40,972 nucleotides of DNA, from positions 1 to 40,972 of the forward strand of contig JYFJ02003520.1 of the NCBI GenBank assembly GCA_000934665.2, read 5' to 3'. This stretch comes from Catajapyx aquilonaris (Eukaryota). The first letter of the stretch is position 1. Every line of letters starts with the position of its first letter. A program made the translations under genes and the position numbers. Of the stretch, positions 24,328 through 33,950 are shown piece after piece. The notes below the pieces were generated by a model. It was given only the letters and a program-made list of their open reading frames with translations. It was not told the origin of the DNA and made no database searches.

Positions 24328-25208
24328 GGGCAATTCCACGCGTTATGTACAGACCATCGGAAGCTGCATTGAGGTGTTTAGGAGTCCACCGTGGCTAGGT
24401 ACTTGCTGTAACAGATTAACTGTTATGAAAATCAGATGTAGCGCAGAAATGTGAAGGTGAGGGACATCATGGATATTTCATTCGATGGCCATCCACGCGT
24501 GTGCGATTGTCTGAAATCTCGTTACGTACCATCCGTCATTGGACACCAGTTTCTGGGGTATATGCAACTAGGGGTAAACTCTGCGAAATTTGACAGCACA
24601 GGTTTCGAAGCTCAAGTGCATGTGGGGCAGTAGGGTGCGAGGAACCTCATCATGCCATTAGATTGGGAGAATTCTCATTTTGAACATGAAAACATTTGAG
24701 ATATCCACCCGTTACATACCACCCGGCAGCGTTACGTACAACCTACAGCGATTTACTGGGAGTAGCGTAAATTTTTGGAGATTGGAATGTCTGTGAATTC
24801 ATAATCTTATAATGGCTCCGCTGCACTGAAATAGGAACTAGGTCAGTTTTTGCCCTTTGGATACCTTTTGGTGTGGCTGTGGAAGGTCACACATTCATGA
24901 ATACAGCAAAGTGATTGCACAGATCGATGTTGCATTTTGTGCCCTTGAATTATATGAAGACGTCTGTCTCTCTTCCTTTCACATATTGGTACAGCGAATA
25001 ACCAGCTGGCAATGCGCATTAGCCGAACGGATATCACAGAGTGCACGCTTAGATACTCTGGGAATAATGTTGTTGGGAATGATACTGTCACAAACTAACA
25101 TGGCTAAGGAAACCATGGTCCACATGCTATCGGTTTTAGTCACTCAGATTCCAACTGCGTCAAGATGTAAGAACCGCACCCCATGTCTGCTCTTTCGTGG
25201 AATTGCCC
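24328..25208. mobile_element. Sola2-like non-autonomous element
   Basis: TIR GGGCAATTCCACG / CGTGGAATTGCCC, 4-bp TSD AGAC. Splits a foldback MITE. Confidence 0.75.
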
Positions 25209-25314
25209 AGACCCTGCCAATGATGTCACCCGCTCCACTCCAATGTGTGCGGCTGATGATGTCACGAGCAGGGTCTATCACTTCTTACTCGCAAGGCTCA
25301 CACTTCATCACTTC

Positions 25315-25625
25315 AATGTGTTCGCCACACGTCCTCAGTCATTGGCTGATCTTAAGGATCAGATAAGACACGCCGTGAGAAACATTTCCCTGGACATGCT
25401 GGAGCGCGTAATGAAGGGTTTCGTCCGACGGCGTTTGGAGGAATATGTGTTGCCCGCAAAGGTGGACATCTATCCGGTGTTGTTTTCAAGAAGTGACTTT
25501 TTTGGACCTTGATCCATAAATGGCATATCTTTCTCTGTGTAGTGTAATTTTAAAAATATATAATCGTTCATTACTTACGCCATGCTGCGTCGTTTTAATC
25601 CGCCCATGACTTTTGCCCCACCCTG
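25315..25625 (+). pseudogene. Tc1/Tc3-like transposase C-terminal remnant with right TIR
   Basis: VFATRPQSLADLKDQIRHAVRNISLDMLERVMKGF resembles DD34E/DD37D transposase tails. Ends CACCCTG-TA. Confidence 0.7.
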
Positions 25626-25794
25626 TATAAGAATTTTTCTAAAGCATGGTGCATGTAAAGAAAAATTGATTCGAGAATACATGGGAGTTCGAGGATTCAC
25701 TTGATTTTGCAACTATTATTTTCTTGCGAACTTCACGCTTGCTGTCCCAAATGATGCCCTCGTACAACCTAATGATTAAACCATCATCTGTCAC

Positions 25795-25905
25795 CTGCAT
25801 GAAGAAGGAATCCTTCTCATCCCTGGTGATCACCTCATCTGGAGTTGCTTCCGTCTTCAGACCAACCCTTACATTCAAGCAAGAGCAGCTTCGGGGTTCC
25901 ATCAT
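25795..25905 (-). CDS. AKT1S1: PRAS40/Lobe-like gene, coding exon 2 (MMEPRSCSCLNV...FFMQ)
   Basis: Acceptor AG at 25907-25906, donor CAG|GTGAC, 37 codons in frame with the next exon. Confidence 0.85.
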
Positions 25906-25973
25906 CTACACGAACAAAAGGAGTACAAAAGTTATTCCCTGCTTGAATGGCAATCAATTAAAAGGTCACTTAC

Positions 25974-25988
25974 CTCAGACTGACTCAT
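25974..25988 (-). CDS. AKT1S1: PRAS40/Lobe-like gene, putative coding exon 1 (MSQSE)
   Basis: AAAATG start at 25988, donor GAG|GTAAGT at 25973. A 68-nt intron ends in TGTAG directly before the next exon, phase 0. Confidence 0.65.
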
Positions 25989-26019
25989 TTTAAAATCCCT
26001 TTCCTATTAACTAAAGGCT

Positions 26020-26430
26020 ACTATGTATGATCGTTCTTCGTTGGTTTCGTTCGTGCGACTGTCGGGAGGAAAATTTGAAACCCACTCGTCTGAGTAGGTT
26101 TGTGATCAATAGTGTGTGTGTAAGCGGTGTAAAAAGCTTGTTTATCTCCAATTTTTTTCCACTACGACGTCTACGTGACGTACAGCTCGTTTGTGATTTT
26201 GTGAGTCCAGATGGCGCAGGTAGACGGTCTCTTTTTAGTCTCTTTCTCTCTTATAGGTTCTATAGGTTCTTAATCGCAATTGGCCATATGATGGGATTAA
26301 CCGTATTGACGCAAAAGTTAAGCTACCTGGTAGTGTAATGAGGCCGAATGAGGTTTTACGGGCTTCGAATATTAAAAACCATTTGCCTGCAGTCTGGTAG
26401 GATATATCAAAGATGGCGGACCTGTTTCAG
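26020..26430 (-). promoter_or_regulatory. Probable promoter/5' region of the PRAS40-like gene
   Basis: CpG-enriched unique sequence just upstream of the first coding exon, with a YY1/Pho-like AAGATGGCGG at 26410-26419. Confidence 0.45.
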
Positions 26431-26519
26431 TCAATGACGTAGAGAAAATAGACCGCTTAACTCAATGCCACTAGCCCCATCAACCTGAAGCCGAAAAACC
26501 ATTTGTTTGTCCGGATGGT

Positions 26520-27490
26520 CCGGATCCTCTCTGTCTCTCCCAGCCAGCACTCTCGGGCCTGCACTCCTGCAATGATATGAGCAGGGATGGAAAAAGTACC
26601 GCTTCCTTCCAAGAAGCGCTTCTTTTTTCCATGTGCAGGGATAGAAAAAGAACCGCTTACCGCCCAAAGAAGCGGTTCTTTTTCCATCCCTGGATATGAG
26701 GATGTGGCTAACAGAAGCAGCTATCTTTGTCAAACCTAATTCCGAGAAAATGCCACTTTTCTAAGTTTCGATATGTGTCTACAGCTGAATTTGTTATTTG
26801 ATCCTGCCATTATCATGAGCTTAAATACGAGGGCTATTTTAAAATTAAGTTCCGATGAGCTGTGACATAAAAACAGGAGTTGAATAATATTTTAATATTC
26901 ACAAAAGTCAGTCAACCTTATTATTGCCATTCCTCGACATAGTCACCTTCCCAATTGAGGTACTTGGGTACTTGTCATAACATGGCACCATCTTTTCTCC
27001 CGCCCAATGCTACATCTGCTCTGTAATTAGATTTCTCCAAGCCGCTCCAAGCTAAAGACACAACACAGCCGAAATTCATAGATCGTGTCATGTGTATTGC
27101 GTAGAGTGCATGAGTGACACTGCTGTATCGGAATTTTCAATGACGAATTGATGTCCATGTGGAAGGTCAGGGGGAAAGGTTGTGGAGACTGACATTGTTG
27201 TTGAAAAGTCAACACAGAGTGGTGTTGGAGCACATCGGGTCACAAATTCTGGCCTGTCTTATGATTTCCCCCCCAAATTTCACGGTCATTTCTTGATGAC
27301 ATTGTAACAGGAAAGCTGGGCTATCACAAGCGTTGTGCATATAGTGACGATCGAGTTCAAGCACAACAAACAGCTGAAAAAGGGTGATAGGTTGGCTCAG
27401 TATCCAGGTGGCAACCTTCTATGGGGTAGGCATAGGCATACAAAATATGGTGCTGCATTATTATGACAAGGTAGCATAAGAATGTCGTAG
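26520..27490 (-). repeat. Unclassified interspersed repeat, copy B (inverted relative to copy A)
   Basis: Matches 1930-2850 and carries an extra insertion at 26582-26692. Confidence 0.85.
26582..26692. mobile_element. Miniature hAT-type MITE, tandem dimer of about 55-bp hairpins
   Basis: CAGGGATGGAAAAAG...TTTTTCCATCCCTG, 8-bp TSD GATATGAG, empty site in the paralogous repeat at about 2791. Confidence 0.85.
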
Positions 27491-28047
27491 CTAACTTTTG
27501 TACATATTTAATTTGGTTTCATCACTTGCATTTGATTCACAGCTCATAGGAACTGAACATTTAAAAAAGCCCTTGTACTACTACCTGTCATGATTGATGG
27601 AATGGAACAAAATCAGGCTTCTTGACTTAGACATTGTGCCTGAACTGAAATTTGAATATCCTGAAATAGACAAATTGCACCAAATATATCCATCCTCTGC
27701 ACGCCTATTCGCCATTGTGTTTATCTACGAACATCACTTCCTTTCTCTGAACAGTGACTGGGGTTTGTGTTCTTACACACTAACTTCTCCTTAATTTCTG
27801 TCTACTGCATCTACCCCCACCAATGTCCCTGTCATTGGCAGAATTGCATTCACAGGGAAAACTCTAGAAAAAAAACCAATGGGTGTCCTCCATCTGGAAC
27901 GATGCAATACTATAATTGGCTGAATTCTGAGTGCCTGTTGTGGCCATTTAAAATGCACAAAAATATGCAAACTCTCACTTCAAGTCCAGGTTTTCACTAC
28001 TCAGAACAGATACCGAATACCTGAGTTTCACGTTTTCATATCATTAA

Positions 28048-28334
28048 CCCTGGAACCATGCCGTGCCTGAGAGTATTACAGCAACAGTGCCGTGGGGTCT
28101 TTTTGGACTCCCACTCCACCACATTTTAATTTTGATTTATTATGTAATAATTTTCATGTATTGGCTATATACGATAATTCTTTGAACAATACCTAAAATG
28201 ATCCCTAATTCAAAATAAACCTGCACTTCCCGTTACATACTGTAAAAAAAAATGGCAAAAGTTCACTGTAATTATCATTTTAATGAATTTTTTTCCCTTG
28301 GGGTCCAAAAAGACCCCACGGTACGGTTCCAGGG
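28048..28334. mobile_element. piggyBac-type MITE
   Basis: TTAA-CCCTGGAACC...GGTTCCAGGG-TTAA with subterminal inverted repeat CGTGGGGTCTTTTTGGAC. Confidence 0.88.
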
Positions 28335-28469
28335 TTAAGAACAACTTCCACCAAAATTACTGTGCCATTCACACAGACTTAGTAAATGACAAGGAAAACC
28401 ATAAGGAATAATCGTCAGATGGCAATATTTTATTTATTTATTAGCACCCTCAGGTAAAAGTGCCTGCAA

Positions 28470-28675
28470 TTAGGCCTGTGGGAACATGTCAAGTGGAATG
28501 GTGACAACTTGCTGCATGCTATCCTTGACGTTGCTGAGGTTCTCTCTCCAGGCTTGCAGTTCATCCCTCAATTGTTGCCATTGCTGACGACCAAAGGTGC
28601 GGTGCATTGTGCTCGATATGTGCACCTTGCGTGCACTCTGATCCATGCGGGCACGAACCAGTTTTGTCCTCAGGA
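28470..28675 (-). CDS. EIF3M: eIF3 subunit M, last coding exon (VLRTKLV...[12 protein letters not shown]...QA*)
   Basis: Acceptor CTGCAG, HRTFGxQQW motif, TAA stop, with overlapping AATAAA signals at about 28428-28442. Confidence 0.96.
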
Positions 28676-28853
28676 CTGCAGAGAGAGTGATCATTCAATA
28701 TTTCAAAGCCACACAATATATCTTCATTTGAATTGTATACAAAAACAGTTATAACCTAAATTCAGTGACACAGCTGAAGCTAATATGCAAATTGGGAAAA
28801 AAGGCAAGAGTTAATTGGCAAACATTCACACTTGATATGGAATAAAAACTGAC

Positions 28854-29199
28854 CATCGATGACAAATTCCTCAACTTGCTCCTCTTCCAACTGCAGCTCC
28901 TTGGCCACTATCTGGAACCCAATCTCTGTGTGCGTCTCTGCCATCTGCATGAAGGTGAGGAGGCGCATCTTCTTCAGGTTCTGCTCGTGTGAGAGGCCCA
29001 GAGAGTTGACAAATTCCCGGTGTTCAGTGTAAAACTTGATGTAATTGGGCAGTTTCTCAGACACAAAAATTGTCAATAGGTCATGGATCAGCTGTCCTTC
29101 CAGGAACTTCACAGGCTTCAGGGTCAGCAGGTGGTCAAGCAGGAAAGTATTGGGATCAGCAAGAGATGCTATGATGCAACGCTGAGCATCCTCCCGTGC
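28854..29199 (-). CDS. EIF3M: eIF3 subunit M, coding exon 5 (AREDAQRC...PCI domain...EFVID)
   Basis: Acceptor AACAG, donor [28 protein letters not shown] and [11 protein letters not shown] are characteristic of eIF3m. Confidence 0.96.
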
Positions 29200-29370
29200 C
29201 TGTTCAAGAGATGCAGAATGAACTTTTCTTACAAGCTGATCATATTACTCCTTCTGTTAATAAAAGTCATAAATTGCTTAAGTGTACATAAAATAAAATC
29301 TTAACACTGCTCAACTGAAAAAATGTGGCTTAGGCAAATTACTGACTCAAGAATTAACAGAGTTACTTAC

Positions 29371-29656
29371 TTGAGATGCATTTTCACTGGTGTACGTTCC
29401 AAGCAGTTCTACCATAACCCTGGAGGCATCCTTGCCCTTTCCACAAGAGATCAAGGCCTCATGGAGTAGTCTCAACAGCTTCTGCATCTGGTCGCTGGAG
29501 GGTGGACATCCTGACAGCTGCTGTCTCACCCCCTCGACGCCATTGTTGAAGATTGTTCCAACTTGGCCCACACGCCCAGCTACTGACACCAGGTGGTAGT
29601 ATATGTGGTAGCGCATGGGAGACCTTTCTTCCAGAGAGTGAAACAGAAGCCACAGC
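29371..29656 (-). CDS. EIF3M: eIF3 subunit M, coding exon 4 (LWLLFHSL...VMVELLGTYTSENASQ)
   Basis: Acceptor ATTAG, donor CAA|GTAAGT. Conserved VMVELLGTYT motif. Confidence 0.95.
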
Positions 29657-30560
29657 CTAATCAAGGGGTTAAATAATGAAATTCTGTTAGTCTCTGTGTT
29701 TAGATATATTGCTTGCATGTGAAAATGCCTGATGCAATGTTGAAAGAAACGTACAGACTAATGCCTCATTCAGATGTGCTACTTTTTTGTTGTTGTTGTT
29801 GTTGTTGTTGGATAAACTCTACCAAGCTCATACACTTTCAGCTAAAAATCCAGGCCCAATACCTGCCACCTTCATGCAAATTTTGGGATTGGGCAGCCTG
29901 TGTCAAGTTTGTTTGAACTTAATACCAGCTGTCCAGGCTGTTAAGAGGCTTAACAATAACTTTTGGTATACCAATTTCAGCATAGTAATTTGTAAATACA
30001 GTAGGTACCCATTTTACGCTGTTAATTGGTTCCACCAACATAGCAGAGTAAAGTGAATAGGTGTAAAACGAGACATTATAATAATGTAACTGAGATAGAT
30101 TCCAAAATTTCCCCGTAGACGCTACTAATATTGCTGTTTTTAATGCTGAATATTTGAAACAGATATTACACCCATTTAATGGGAAGTTCCAGGTTGAGGG
30201 TCGTGTTCTGAGGGCTCCATTCCCTTGTATGGCAAGGCTTGCAGTACACATAGGGTATTTAAAAACGGTTCGAGTACTTCAGGGAGTGCCAAGACAAACA
30301 ATACTGTACTGTATGTATCGATAGACCCCACCACAAGAAACTAAATAAGAGCCTTTATGGTCATGTGTTTAGACTCAGAAGTGTTGCAGTGATGTATTGA
30401 GATTTATTTTTTTAAGATCTTGCTGTTAACTGCAAAATTTTCATAATTTTCCGCTGAAAAATTCCAAATGCAATAATTTTCAAACTAGCATTAATGTGAA
30501 ACGGCGTAAAACGGGTACTTACTGTACATGTTTTTCTCATCTATCACATGGTGCCGAAGC

Positions 30561-30695
30561 TACTGTTGCTTGCCTAGCCTGGTTTCTAACCCAACAATGA
30601 GTTAGATACAATTGGCAAAGTCAAGCTTTATGCTCTCCCTAGTTGTACACCTCTCCTAAGATGTAGTAACTCAAAAGAGGCGTCAAAACTAGGGC
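30561..30695 (-). ncRNA. Candidate box H/ACA snoRNA in eIF3m intron 3
   Basis: Sense to the host gene, about 135 nt. Hairpin 1 (CCCUAG/CUAGGG; CCUCU/AGAGG), H box AGAGCA at 30636-30631, hairpin 2 (GCUUG/CAAGC; UCUAACUCA/UGGGUUAGA), then an ACA box at 30566-30564 plus 3 nt. Confidence 0.7.
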
Positions 30696-30942
30696 TTTCC
30701 AAATTGATGTGCATCACTGCACTCAGTTTCTGGATAGCAGCCTATTATTGCTGATATCCAACCTTTAAATTGACAATTACTTTATTATAATTAATCATCT
30801 GCCAATGTAAAGCATAATTACAGAAAGAACAAGCACTCAGCTATGTGCTTAGATATGCTCCCATAATACAATGCTATCCAGCTTGAACATCACTGATGCA
30901 CATAAGCATTACTCTTAATTCAACACTTTATAATATACTCAC

Positions 30943-31037
30943 ACGTGCAGGCAGACCAATGCTAGCTTGTTGTTTGGTGCCTTGGCTAATTTCTCACCAA
31001 AAGCAAGGATCAAATTCTCTGACCGCTCAGCTGGAAT
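30943..31037 (-). CDS. EIF3M: eIF3 subunit M, coding exon 3 (IPAERSENLILAFGEKL...CLHV)
   Basis: Acceptor TGCAG, donor GT|GTGAGT, phase 0/2. Confidence 0.92.
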
Positions 31038-31219
31038 CTGCAAGCATTTTTATTTTATTACATAATTACCACAATGCCAACTAGTAGCAAGCCATGACAA
31101 TACACCTGTGTTAAAAGCATTCGGCCAAGATCAATGTCACATATGACTCAATGCTTAAAACGCATGAGATGTCACCTACATGGCTTGCCAGGCATTACAA
31201 AATTATGATAATACTATAC

Positions 31220-31399
31220 CAAAACTAGCATCGAGACAATTCCATTGAGCACGCCTTCAATCTCTGTCTCATTTCCTTCCTTCAGGCAGGCATCACAAAC
31301 GCCAATGATCTTGTGCAGGTCATCCTCTATTCCTTTCGAGCTCTTCTCCTCTGATATCTCTGCACCAAGGCTCTTCAGGTATGACCTAAGCTCCTGGGC
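31220..31399 (-). CDS. EIF3M: eIF3 subunit M, coding exon 2 ([18 protein letters not shown]...SMLVL)
   Basis: Acceptor TGTAG, donor TTG|GTATAG, 60 codons, eIF3m-like sequence. Confidence 0.93.
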
Positions 31400-32129
31400 C
31401 TACATTTGCAATGGAGAGATGATGAAACTAAGTGTTACGCTTAAAATTAGAGAATCAACATGGCTCCACTAACTTTAAATACATTTTCAAAATGTAGCAA
31501 AAAAATTATTGATGTCATGTCCATTCTCTGGTTGCATCACTAACATAGGGAACACAGGTGGAAAGTTATTCAGCCAAATTGTCCCTGCATTTTAAACCAC
31601 CCATGTACAAAAACAGTGAACAAAGTACAGACACCACGTCGAAATGTTATAACACATGGGGGTGACCTCGGGGGTGACATTAAACCAACCACTATGTACT
31701 GAATTCGAGTCCACTTGTTCAGTTCAGAGCCCAGGAAGGGAAGGATGTAATGTGCGATCTGATCGCAGCACAAGAGGGAGTCTTACTGCTCCTCCAGTTC
31801 CTCCTGGTGTGTCAAGGAAAAAAAACTCCACCTTTCTGACCCTGGACATTGTCTACTCTTGTCCCACCTGTTCTTATTGATTTGTTTTGAATGTGAAATT
31901 CGAAAGGGGGCATGGGATGGTGGGGGTGGGTGGAACAACAGTGGAGGGGAGGGAGGATGGAGGAGTTGATGGGCAGAGGGGGATGGGGGCTTTTCTGGCG
32001 GGAATGGAATGGTGGGGCTGGAGGTGGCAGTGGGAAGAGGGCGATGTGACCCCTTTGGCTGTCAGAGAAGGAATTTACAATTTTCCGGGCAACTCAACAG
32101 AGGAATTGTTTACACCCCATTGTGCATGA

Positions 32130-32332
32130 TTAGAACGCGGGCCAATGTCCCGATGTCCTTTTCGCCTCCTGCGGCCAAGGATGACCTCGGAGGTCAAGTC
32201 CAATGTGCTTATGACCTTCCCAGTAAAAAATTACCCCTAATGATAACCCTGGGGCATATGTTGAGGCCTCCGTATGGATTTGCATCGGGATCAGACAGTC
32301 AGACAGACACACGCTGAGAAATATGTATTAGA
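32130..32332 (-). mobile_element. Non-autonomous Helitron
   Basis: Minus strand: A|TCTAATAC..., (TGTC)n, 3' hairpin CGGGACATTGGCCCG then CTAA|T, no TSD. Confidence 0.65.
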
Positions 32333-33368
32333 TTTGCAGATATTTTCGTAATGAACGCACGTCTTGTCATTGTCCTGGCTAATACACAACAGAAGGATTA
32401 GCATGAAACCTTTCTGCAGGACAAGAAGGTTAATAACTATTTCAGATCTGCATATTGTACTTGAAAGGTGTTCTGCTTAGGACTGGTGACTGTATAGTTT
32501 TGTCGCTGCAAGTTCACAAACAATTCTACAGTGTTGTCAACATTAGCGGGTTTTCGATCATTCTAGAACCATGCTTCCCAATCTTTTTTGTTGGCGATCC
32601 CAGAAAATAGATGTGCAAAATTCGCGACCACCACTTCCAATTCAACCCTGAGACCCCCTCGGTGGTAGTTAATTACAATAATCGCTAAATTAACATATCT
32701 CATTTACGGGCAGATTTTCCTGAGAGATCGAATCAATTTGCATAAATAACTAGTTACCCTTCCTCCCGACTCCAAATTTTGGGTCGCAGCCGCAAAAGGA
32801 AAAAGACCACATAGGACAGTGCAATGTGTATGTGACAAGTTCATTTCCAGGGACAAGTCATGCTGCCCCCACCTACTTGCCACCCGGGGCAAGTACCTAT
32901 TTGTTCTGCGGGTGGTGTAGTGTAAGGGCCACTGGAATGCCATTACAGTGTAAGCTGGTGTACACCAGCCTAGCAATCTCCAACCCAAGGATGCACCAGA
33001 GCCTACTCCAGAATAAAGAAATGCAGTGTAGCTAGGCCACACCCTTTACTCTCCCTGTACTGGAATACACGAATGCAGTGTTTATGCACATGTTACACCA
33101 GGGCTCTGCCAGCCGATAAACGAACAGGCCAATTGCCATTATCATCATTATTATAAACAGTCCTTAAACTTTTCAATATAAAGTTCCCATAATGTAGTTA
33201 GCAAAATACCAAAATACATGTGCACGATTACAATACTCACAAATTCGTGCAACATCAATTACTCTTAAAACGTTGTAAACAAATTCAGGTACTGTACAAG
33301 TGATACCAGTATGTAGCCTACACCACATGGTAAGGTCCCACGCCCCTACTTTTAGTTCCCAAACGTAC

Positions 33369-33410
33369 CTGGTCATCCATGGAGATATCTATAAATACTG
33401 GAACGTTCAT
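33369..33410 (-). CDS. EIF3M: eIF3 subunit M, coding exon 1 (MNVPVFIDISMDDQ)
   Basis: CCACCATG start, donor CAG|GTACGT. Matches the eIF3m N-terminus. Confidence 0.92.
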
Positions 33411-33539
33411 GGTGGATGCGAAATATGTCAAGTGGGTGTAAATGTGGTAATACTTCACGCACAGTACAAAAAATATAACTCATAGATGGGAAAAACACTC
33501 AGCCATGCAGTTGGCTGTATCTGCTGAATGCGACTGAAT

Positions 33540-33950
33540 AATGAAGGGCCAAAAAAAGGGGGCGGGGGGGTGCAAAGTTCCGGCCACGCGGACGTGTTAC
33601 CAACAGCACAATTATTATATACGCATATTAAGCATTTGTACTATAGGATTTTAACTGAATTTAGTATACTATGGTGATACTATTCGTAAAAGTGTTAATT
33701 CTCCTTTATTTCTTAAAATTGTGCCATGTGGCATATACAGGTTCACGTGCGTTCACGTGTTATTACATCGCGCATGATCAGAAAGGAGTTGAGAGCATTA
33801 AAATGTTTAAATTCGGTTCACAATGTGCTCATGACATTGACATAGCGAATTGATTATTTAATCTCTCACTTTTAGGGCATATAATTGATGTAAACTTTAT
33901 AGTGCTCTTGATTTTATTGATGTAATATTACTATCGCGCATGCGTAATAA
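33540..33950. promoter_or_regulatory. eIF3m promoter region, possibly bidirectional
   Basis: Pyrimidine tract on the minus strand (33543-33570), two CACGTG E-boxes (about 33744 and 33754), and an NRF1/Ewg-like CGCGCATGCG (about 33935). Confidence 0.45.
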
